A stretch of DNA of 64,000 nt, taken from Massalongia carnosa. Lineage: Eukaryota. The stretch spans positions 1,798,001 to 1,862,000 of the forward strand of contig OZ287072.1 of NCBI GenBank assembly GCA_965645245.1, given 5' to 3'. Numbering within the stretch: position 1 is the first letter of the stretch; each line of letters starts with the position of its first letter. The position numbers and the translations under genes were made by a program. Under the pieces are notes generated by a model that did no database searches, was not told the origin of the DNA, and saw nothing but the letters and a program-made list of their open reading frames with translations. This document shows positions 39,365 to 49,597 of this stretch, piece after piece.

Positions 39365-42300
39365 TACTTCACTATGAACTGATAAAACCGAGGCCGATAA
39401 TACTGACGTTGCATAAGATTAAAAGTCTTTGCTCTTCCTGGGTGTCCCGCTACTGGGCTGTCGTGCATTATTCTACAAAGTTTCATTTCCAGTGCATGTG
39501 AGTCCGGGACGTACATCTTCCCTCGATAATGCAGTCGACCATTGATTTCTTCGCGCTCCGCCAAGGAGATTTCTTTCGAGTGGCTTACTTTGTCTCGCAA
39601 TAGTCCAAGAATCTTCATCGGAAATGGGTCGACTTGAAGGCCTTCAGTCCAGAGTTCTTCCAGAGTCCGTTCGGCCTCTTGCTCCGTTTGACGATCGTCA
39701 ACTTGTCTAGCATTGTCTACACTATTGCCCAGAACTTCCAGATTTCGAGGTTTCAAGACCACTTGATGTTGAATCTTCAATCGAGAGTCATCCTCCCCTT
39801 CAGGTAGGTTTTGAGACCTTCTAGTCAGTGCGTCTGGTTTTCCTCCACTCTTCCTGGGCGGTACACGATCTTGAAATCAAAACGGGAAAGATATTCTGAC
39901 CAATGAGCTTGACGGCGGCTTAGCTGCTTGGTTGTCATGAAGTACTCTAGATTCTTGTGATCTGAAATGACATGAATGGGAAAGGCAGCTCCTTCGAGCT
40001 CCGATCGCCATTCCTCAAAAGCACGAACGATAGCCATGAGTTCTTTATCATAGATTTCATAATTGATTTCTGCAGGGGAGTGTTTCTTGGAGAAAAAGGC
40101 CACCGGCCTCAATACTCCCTCATCATCGTACTGTGACAGAACTCCTCCAACTACCCAGTCGGAGGCATCGACTTCAACTATAATTTTCTTCTCTGGATCG
40201 AAATGCGTCAAGACCTGATCGCTGACAAAAGCATCCTTTAAGGCCTGAAAGGCTTTCTCGCACTCCTGATTCCAGGCAAAGACAGTGTTCTTCCGAGTCA
40301 ACTTGATCAACGGGGAGGCTATTTCAGAGAATCCTCTGACGAAACGACGGTAAAAGTTGGCAAAACCCACAAAGGCCTGAATGTCTTCTAACGTTTTTTG
40401 GCGAGGCCCATTCTTTGATCGCCAGAACTTTCTAAGGATCCATGCGTATACCCTTGTCGGAGATTATCAGTCCAAGGTAGGTAGTCTCGGTAACGAAGAA
40501 CTCGCATTTCCCAATGTCTAACTGAAGTCCGGCGGCTCGAAGCGCTTCTAGCACTTTTCGTACATGAACCTTATGTTCCTTGACGGACTTGCTGTAAATC
40601 AGGATATCATCAATATAGGCAGTGCAGAAGACGTCAAGATATTCTCTAAGAACATCGTTGCTATAAAGTTGAAAGGAGCCTGGTCCTCCACATAGTCCAA
40701 AGGGCATTACATTGTACTCATAGAGACCAAATCGCGTCTTGAACGCCGTCATCCACTCTTGTCCCTTTTGAATGCGCAGCTTGTTGAAGGCTGCCACTAT
40801 GTCGAACTTGGAGAAGATCACCGCTTTGGCTAGCCGGTCTAGGGTTTCCTGAATCAGAGGCAGTGGGTAGCGATTCTTAACTGTAATGGCATTCCGGGCT
40901 CGGTAATCTACACAGAAACGAAGTTCTCCGGAAGGCTTTCGGGCGAACAGGACAGAAGAGGAGGCAGGCGATGAGCTAGAGGGGATGAACCCCTTCGCGA
41001 GGTTTTCCTTTAGGTATTTCTGTAAAACTTGTAATTCAGGGGCTAACATCTTGTACAGTGGGCCCGAAGGAGGAATAGCTCCCTCGGTCAGAGCGATCTT
41101 GTGGTCATAAGAACGATGTGGTGGAAGCTTATCGGCTTCCTTCTTGGAGAAAACATCTAGTAGGTTATGGAATTCCTTGGGACAACAGTGGCAGGATCAA
41201 CATAAATCTTGGGTTTTAACGTCTTCTCGACGTCCTCCAGGGATGCAGCAGAAAGGTTAACGGCTTGACTAGCCTTAACTGCTTCGTCAATTTCATAAAG
41301 GGAAGCAGTGAATATCTCATTCTTCCGATTCTTCATAAGGGTCGAGAAAGGGGCGGCCCCGATCATGTGAATACTCAAATCTAGAGACAGGACAGAGGAC
41401 AGAACAGGAGACAGGACAGGGGACAGTACAGGATGCATGAGCTTCGAGGGTTCAAGATTAGCGTTAACACGGAGGTCCTTAGGTTCAGAGGGCTCGACCA
41501 CCTCCCACTTGACATCCTGGACAGGCATATAAAATTGGGCAGGCTCGAAAGGTTCAATAGCCTCGAGAGGTACCTTGTCCTCAGGAGGTTCAATAACTGT
41601 AGGTTTCAAGAAAGAAGCAGCCTCGAGGGGAGGCTCTTCCGAGAGGTCATGGGTACCAGGAATGACAAGAGGTGAGCGTTTTTTCAATAAATACTCCTGA
41701 AAACAGTGAGGAGACGAAAAGGTCAGACTATTATGCACCCAGCTAATGGATGGATCGTGGATTTGAAGCTATTTGACTCCCAGAACAACAGGATAATGAC
41801 CCAGCTGGGTAACGAAAAACGAACCACGTACCGTGTGATTCTTGACGTTCATTCCCAAATTAGCCAGATGGGTCAACATTCCTCCAGCGGATGGGCGACC
41901 ATCCACTAAGTTGAGGACACGAGGGTGAGCGAGGGGGGTAAGGGGCAGGGAGTTTCTTTGCGCGAAGGAGGCATCAATAAATGCACAACCAGCGGCACCG
42001 CAATCTATCAGGGCATGGGTGCAGAAGGAATAGTTGTCAACAGAAAGTCTAATAGGTATGACGAGGTGTCCACCATCTAACGAATCTTCTGACAGAGAAA
42101 AAACCGAAATTGACACTGGAGGTCCTTCCAATGGTCTTCGAGCGCGACTTAGCTCGAAGACTCTACATTTTCCGCCGGTTCAGCGAGAGTGGCCTCATTG
42201 AGGCGTGATGGCCTCGGCTTTCCCGAACCCTTGGCTAACTTTGGGCAGTTCGTAGCAAAATGTCCAGACTCTCCGCAATAACGACAGAGGCCCTCGGTCA

Positions 42301-43533
42301 TCCGTCGACTGACCTCCGCTGTAGGTAGTTTCCCTCGCCCAACGGCTGAGAGGTCCATGGGGTCAGAGGCCAGAGCCGCAGAGGGGGACGAGGGGGCGGA
42401 CGAAGAGGCACGAGGCAAAGCAACACCTCCTCCCGTCGGCGGGCGAGGAGTACTTCCTACGGAGGGTGACGAAGAGGACCGAGACGAGAAGGGCTTCCGG
42501 AGTGAGGCGTTGACATTGCGCTGACGGGTATCCAGCTTCTGCAGTAAAGAAATCAGTCCGTTCAGGTCGTTCGGTAGATCCTGAGTGACCATCAACTGCT
42601 TAAGCTCGTCGCTCACCCCGTCTAGAAGGGCTGAACGTTGGGCTTCCTCGTCGAAGTTGGTGTCAGGGACTAAGCGCTAAGAATCGGAGAGGTACACATG
42701 AAATTCTCGATTGCGCTGATGGAGGGAACGGAGTTCTCGTTGAGCGGTTGCCTTCTTATCTGGGTCGCCGAAGGATCTCTCTAACATCACTAACAGGGCT
42801 GGAACATCTTCGAGAGCGATCTCGTTTTCGGACTTGACATATGGCTGAATCTGGGACAATGCCAAACCTTCCAGTCGACTGATAGCATAAATAAGACCCG
42901 CTTTGGGGCCTGCATATCAATCAGCGTTAACGAAGAGCTTGAGGCGAAGTTGAGTGATCCAGGAACGAAGCTCCTCCTTGTTTCCGGAAAACTTTCGAAT
43001 ATCAGGAAGCTTTTCAGAACGAGACTCTCCCCTGGCTGTGGTTTGACACTGATGCTCTTGGATTTGCTGACGGAGATTAGAGACAATGGCGCGAGCAAAA
43101 AAAGTTTTCATATTGGAGGCCCGGAGCTGCTCATACAGTTCGTTATGCTCGGTTTCAAGAAGGTTGTACCACTGCACTTGTTCCTCGTATAGTCTGGACT
43201 TCTCTTCATGGAGCTGAGCTTGTGCTTCCAACGATCTCTTACTCTCCTGGACGAATGTGCCTAGACGATGAACGTATCGGTACCAATCTCGAGTGTTGTT
43301 CTGTACTGAAAGAAGCCATGCTTCTGGGAGGCTGAAGTGCTAACAAGATCGATGTTTCCAACAAGGATGGGGAGCGAAGGAGAGGATGAAGAGGAACTGG
43401 TAGGTGTGTCCGAGGACATGCTGGTCGGGCGAGGACGATATCCACACTGGAGTATGGGTGAGGTGTTCGTAATGTCACGGTCTGTAGGCAGAGGTCCTAT
43501 CCATGTGGTGAACAGTGTTTTATTATGAAGTAT

Positions 43534-44107
43534 GCTAATCGTCGGCTAGTCTCTCGCTTACCTCGGCCGACTCGAGGCGTTCGCCTCCAGTCGGGGAAAG
43601 CAAAGTTCGTTTTTTCAACTTTTACACGCAAAAATCAATCAAATAACGATGAGATTTTTTTTTCTACAAAGATCAAGCATAAAAAATGTTATAATGGTAG
43701 TTATACTAATAATAACCCAACTGCTCCTGAACATCATCCTCGTCGCTGTCTTCGCCATCGTCGCCTACTTCCTCTTCTATTTCAAAGGCAACGAAGTCTT
43801 TTTGTAGACGAATAGAATCACCTTCACCTATAAATCGTAGGTTTTGATCACCTACAGTATCCATGATAAAGATGGTCTTTGTCTCTTCCTCTTCATCATT
43901 GAATATATGAGTATCTTTTACTCCTTTCGTCGTCTTTTTTTTGGTCTCTTCCGTCTGCCAAGTAATGTCGCTCGCCTTCCAAATGGCCTCAGGATCATCA
44001 ATGGGATTCAACATTTCACCGGATATGCTAACTCCCTGTTTTGCGAGGTCTTTAACATGTTTTATTCTGATCTTTTCATTCTTTCGAGCGATAACACCTT
44101 CCGCGTG
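43534..44107 (-). mobile_element. 3' remnant of another DNA transposon (pogo/Fot1-like C-terminus, tentative) replacing the rest of the Gypsy 5' LTR
   Basis: Open frame RKNEKIRIKHVKDLAKQG..LNPIDDP with acidic tail ending at 43706; family call from memory of similar C-termini only. Confidence 0.4.
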
Positions 44108-44109
44108 TA

Positions 44110-45658
44110 CACTATCACGCGGCTGACAAAAAAACCGGGACACCAAAATTTTCACCCCACCAAAATCTACCCCTTATTTTCACTTTGCTACGTACAATTA
44201 CCATGCAATCAAATCAATAATCAATAACCAGTCATCTTGCCTTCACCTCGAATCACCGCCTCTAGTCGATCGGGCATACTAGCTACTTTCTCATTGATAA
44301 AACCCTGAGAAACGTGGCTCCAACCCTCATAAATCAGCCCTTTTGTGGTCTCATCGTCCCAATGGGGAGATTTGTAGAGCTCTTGCTTGACCGGCTGCCA
44401 GCAATTTTCAATGGGCGATAAATCAGGAGATGAAGGGCAGTTAAAATAATGTTCGAGCCCATGCTCCTCCTTCCAAGTGCGTACGATTTTTGATTTGCCT
44501 GGCCCATGCCCTGAATCACCATCTTCCTCCAACACGAAATTATGCCCCTGATCAAGCCACGGTTTGATTATAGAATCTAAAATTTGATCAATATAAACCC
44601 GTTGACTCATTTTTCCATTCTTATTGCCCGAGACGTCGTAAAAATGAATGAAAGACTTGAAATCGTGCCCTGCGGCCGCCCAACAATGATGCCTTTTTTT
44701 ATTCTTCTCATCCGGCATGTGCTCCTCTTGTATGCAATCTTGACAGTATCGTTGGCCCGGCTTGCGAATGATTCGTAGCTTGCCTTATGAACCCCATCCA
44801 AATTGAACTTCATCACTAAATCTGACTCGATACAAGTCCTGCTTTTCAGGATATTTATTCAACATGAATGTGGCCCATTCAACTCTTTTAGCTGCTGTTC
44901 GCTCATTGACCCAGCCCTTCTTACAAGACACGCACTTATGATAATCCATTGTCCCCATTGCTCTTTGTATCGTACAGCCACTGCAATCCAGCCCAACTTC
45001 GTAGCCTAGCTGCTGCCACGTTAAAGAGCGAGCTTCAATGCCTTCTTCTTCTAAAATTCGTTCCATCTCTCGAATTTTGACGGAAGAAATCAGTGTAAGA
45101 ACCAATATCCAGGGAAGACGAATAGTAGTCAGCTACCTAAGAGACTAAGCATGAAGAAGAGAAATCTATCCACAAAGAAGAATTGTGAAATCTATATGCC
45201 CCGTTTGCCCTTCTTCTCGAAGTTTCCATCCGGCTCTAGAAGCTTATCTCCGAAGCTTCGGTCGGAAAGAGCCGTTGGATTTAGCGCTCCCACACCCGAG
45301 TCCTGACAATCAGGGATTTTCTTCCTCTAGTCTTCTTGTGATCAAGATTATTCTGTAGCGAGAAGAAGAGTCCTCATTTCGAAGCATTTCATAGCCACGT
45401 GTGCGACTAACGTTGAATGTTCGAAAAACATCCTCCTTATAGTACGGTAATTTCATACGATCGGCGAAATGAACCGCTGCCCGAACTGATGCCTTGGTGG
45501 AAGTAGAATAATGAGCTAATAGAGCTCGAGTTTCAATGTTTGGAGTATGTGGGCGTGAGTCATCCATGATTGAGATGTTGAAGATAGGGAGAAAAGGGTA
45601 GATTTTGGTGGGGTGAGAATTTTGGTGTCCCGGGTTTTTTGTCAGCCGCAAGCTCACA
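44110..45658 (-). mobile_element. Tc1-superfamily transposon with DD37E spacing, decayed, with nested solo LTR
   Basis: ~55-bp inverted repeats at 44119-44175 and 45593-45649; FSDE, EEDGDSGHG, SPDLSPIE; outermost right TIR bases do not match. Confidence 0.88.
45094..45308. mobile_element. Solo LTR (215 bp)
   Basis: TG...CA; TSD ATCAG at 45089-45093 and 45309-45313. Confidence 0.92.
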
Positions 45659-45678
45659 AATGTGCTGCGTAGTCAGCC

Positions 45679-45932
45679 TGTTAACCCGAAGGGGCTTAAC
45701 GTTATGTAAGGCTAACCCGAAGGGGCTTAGTCGGGCACGTCTGAGGTACTTAGGCAAGACCGTGTTCAGCACCGCTGAGTCATCAGGCTATAGTAATAAT
45801 CAGCCTTATAAGGCGGCGCTGTAACCGGTCGAATCAGCAGCATTTACGACTGTTCTAGATAGAATTTCATGTTAGATCAGATCAGTCCAGATTAAGGCAG
45901 ACGATTCAGAACATTTCAGGTCAGGCCTGACA
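45679..45932. repeat. LTR-like remnant with duplicated TAACCCGAAGGGGCTTA
   Basis: 17-mer at 45682-45698 and 45713-45729; ends in CTGACA; TSD ambiguous. Confidence 0.35.
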
Positions 45933-46115
45933 GCCTATATTGAATAGTAAGAACAAACTTTAATACACGTTAAACAAGTTTACACATCATACAAATTGCA
46001 AAACATTATTACAAGCAAAATGCATAATAGGGCCTGAGCGAGGGGCTTGTGGTCAAAATGAATCTTGCTGTGGGATGAGCGGTTTGATCTTCTCCTCAGA
46101 TGATTATATCATGAT

Positions 46116-47119
46116 CTAATCTTTCAAGTCATAAACGTCGCAAAAGAGTCCCCACGGCACACTGATAGGATGCCGATGACCACGCACCTAACCGTAAAAG
46201 CACTGTTAGTCTGTGGCATATGAAACGCATAGAGGGAAGAGGAAGTTAAGACGATCAAACAGGATAAGTTACTGCTAATTCTTTCTTTCCTTAAAATAGA
46301 GAAAACAACCTTACCTTCACCTGTTTTTTACAACAGTGAAATTCTCCCTTCGATTCTAACCCATCTGATAAAATCGGCATTTCATCGCAAGCTTCCTTAG
46401 ATGTATCTGCACGTTACAGAAGATTAGTGAGATTGTGTATGAGAATGACGCAGAAAGTGAATGAGTTTTCCGTTAACACGCAATTTGGGTGGATTTTGCA
46501 ACAAAGAGAAACACCTCAGCTTACATGGTATGCAGTATTCCCGAGCGTATCCCCATTCGCCGTAGATCGGAGGGGTCTGAGTGAGCCTGGATAAGCCGTC
46601 AATGTCGCAGCAGTAAGGGACCTTCTTATCTCGACATTGTTCGCCATCCGGGCCTCTAATCGGGGTTTTTTTCGCTGGCTCTGGAGAGTTCTCTTCGATC
46701 GGTTGCGGTTTGCAGACAGCTGGCGCTTCCGATCCATCCTCCCGAGACCATTTAAATCGCCTCCGCATGTCAGATGAAGTGCGATGAGTAGAACATCCGG
46801 CTTCGGCGAACAAAGACTCAACTGGAGTTGAAGCTGGGTCGCCCAAAGTGAGTAGTTGATCAGCTGGATCTGGAAGGTCTGCTATTCCAAAGGGATCATT
46901 ATCTGAGTGCTCCGGTATTGGGCTAGATCCGCGGGGGTCGTCCGTGAAGAAGGGGAGGGAGTCATCGGGAAGAACCTCGTTTTCTGTGATGCCCGTTGTT
47001 GGATCGTTAATCTGGTTTGGTTGATCGATAAGTTCGAATGTTAAGTCATCCTTCCGAAGAAAAACAGAATTCGTTATTGCAATGAACAAAAGAAGAACGT
47101 GAAATATGAACATACTCAT
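46116..47119 (-). CDS. Secreted Cys-rich protein with hydrophobin-like C-CC-C-C-CC-C pattern; 3 exons (47119-46525, 46406-46315, 46187-46116), 252 aa
   Basis: Hydrophobic N-terminal signal-like segment; two GTAAG...CTAA(T/C)...YAG introns; spliced 759-nt frame is open to TAG. Confidence 0.78.
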
Positions 47120-47501
47120 TCATGAAACGCGAGGCAAGAGACTAGAAAAAAATACTTTTCATGAAAGAAGATCGTTAACAAGCACCTTGAACACGCAAGT
47201 GTTTATATATTTCAACTCCGAGCCGTGTTGTTTCATGATATTCTATCTGGCGGAGAACTCATCTCCATACTCGCGGGTCGTCATGAACATTTGACTAGCA
47301 AGCGGGTGAGTGCGACTACATCTAATGCCCGAGGTGAGGTTGACCCACCAAGTCACACTGTGACAGTTAGTTTTGACTATTTAGCGGCAGTCCTGCTTAG
47401 TAATTGGCGTGATCTTACGTACAACTATAGATCACAGATGATGCACATAGATAAGCGAAACGTTCTTGCGACAATTTTTCCGTGTGATCTTGATAGCTGC
47501 A

Positions 47502-49276
47502 ATGAGCGTCAGGATTGTTCCGAAACGAGGTGCTTATCCCTTGTCAAAAGCTCTCGAAAACGTGTATGAATCTTACAAACGTACAATCGCTGGGCGTACT
47601 GATATTGTAAGTCCTAATCTTTGCGGTATGTTTGCTTGAAGGGATTCCAACCTGGTTCTGAAACGTTTTTAGATGATGTGCTTCAACGTTTAGCCCCTTC
47701 TCTATCCCGTCATACAGGTGGTACGATTATCGATATTAATCCAGGTGTGGGTTTGTTCTCTTCCAAGCTCCATGATGTCGTCAAACCGAAGAGGCACATT
47801 CTCGTAGAGCCAGCGCAAAGCGCCTATCTCCCATTTCTACAGCCGCTTCTCGATGCTCCTGAATCTCGTTATCTTCTACGAAATTGGGATTATGATCATC
47901 AAATTCGACCAGACAAATATCTGGCCGAAGGGCTATTGCCTGAATTCAAAAAAGCCAAAACGGCTGATGGACGAAACGACTCAATTCTACTTGTTGCCAA
48001 CATGAGTCCGACAAAGTCTAGCGGCCATAACGCCACTCTCGCTATTCCCAGTATCTTTCAGTACTTAATCCAGGTTCGACACAAAATAAGCTTTCAGGCT
48101 AACGGGACTGTACGAATGCTGCTGTGGATGAATGATTCGGAAAAAACATCTGTCCTTCCCAGGACGGTTCATCCCCATAGGAAGATAGCTGTCGAGTTGG
48201 ATATGACGTGCTACGTTGAAGAGATTGCTGGTGCGGGATTGAACCACAACCGGGATTGTCGTGATTCTTTTCTTGATCTTGAAAGCAGCAGACGTGTCGC
48301 AAGGGAGATGAAAAGACAAGGCATTCAGATACCGTATGACCGCCTGGGAGAGATTCCAAGAAACTTATCGGTGGACGATTTCCCATCCTTGAATGAAAGC
48401 ATGAAAGATTCAGTGACGATGCCCACATTCGACACTCAGCGTACATGGCACAAAGAGTTAGAAAAGCTGCAACAACGCTTTCGAGACGGGGAGTTTTTTC
48501 AATTCAAGAACTGCACTTCGAAGGAAGCCAAAGGGGTACGGGTGCGGAGATCCACAAAAAGCGGAGATGAGCATACCCCACAGTATTTCCGATTACATCA
48601 ACTTGAATCGGCCCTGAAGAACGAGAATGCAGAAAGGTTAAGTTTAGAACCTTTTTTACAAGAGGAAGATTTGATATGCTCTCTTGAGTATGATCTACAA
48701 GACCAAACTCTGGAAAGCCTACAAAAGGAGGTAAAGCTAAAGGAGCTCCAGCAGCGTCGCCTCAACCTTAAGATACGGTTGGATGAGAAGCGAAAGAAAT
48801 TCGTCGATCGGTTTTTTTTCATAACTGACAATAAAAAGGCTTGCACCCAAGATCCTCCTCTACTTATGTGGGATCGCCGCACTGCCGAGCCTCTGATTGC
48901 GGAAAAGCAGGAGTTTTACAGAGAAAACACTCTGGCGTTGCTCGACTTGCAACCCCGAACCCCGAATCCCTTTCCGATGAATATAGCACAGGCAATCATA
49001 TTCGGGCAACTGATGAGCACGCTGTATGCCAACGGCCTCAACACACTGAAGGTTCTGGACTCCGTTGTGCCCGGTGCATCCCAGGCAATAGCACCAAACG
49101 TGCCTGCTCTGACGAACATACGGAGAGGCGGCCGGCACCACCTGTCCGATCTGCGAGTGCGCTGTTTCACGCCGGAAATGTGCTATAGCATCCTGCAAGC
49201 GTGGGAGAAATGGCCGTTCAAGTCGTCATTGATAGATTTGCATTTCAGTATCCGCAAACCGGGATTCGATTACTAG
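47502..49276 (+). CDS. MTF1: Mitochondrial transcription factor B / Mtf1-like (rRNA adenine methylase fold); intron 47626-47672
   Basis: RTDIVSPNLC|DDVL.RL, IIDINPGVGLFS..LH...KPKRHILVEP, C-terminal W..WPF, typical of filamentous-ascomycete mtTFB. Confidence 0.8.
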
Positions 49277-49597
49277 CCTGCAGAACGGCGGAGATCATTC
49301 AGCCCATGTTATCCTTGGATCGCCGAAAAGCGTTATTGAGGTATGTAATAGGAGGGGTTGGGCACATGTATGATAATCAAACGAACAGCAGCTGCCAAAT
49401 CCGCCAAAAGAAGGGTTGGGACGATGGTTAGTGGTCGGAGACAGGCATGGCATCAATGATTAGTTTTAACAATGGTTTTGGGTGGAGTGACTTGATGGAG
49501 TAACTTGACCCCTAGATCACTCAGGATCTGTACAATTACAAAGCATGTGTCAACTCTATCTAAAGGATTCCCACAGATCCTCTCACATGATGTTCAT

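Larger units (their letters stand above)
36567..43532 (-). mobile_element. Second Ty3/Gypsy chromovirus family, decayed; 5' LTR truncated; Tc1 nested in integrase
   Basis: 3' LTR 36567-36842 plus polypurine tract; 5' LTR remnant 43473-~43532; gag (DPMDL, CRYCGESGHFATNC), PR (DCG), RT (YIDD), RNase H (VDAS), integrase, chromodomain [18 protein letters not shown]. Confidence 0.93.

Noticed and set aside
45682..45729. TAACCC-containing motifs as telomeric repeats
   Set aside because: Two isolated units within a 17-mer duplication, not a tandem telomere array.
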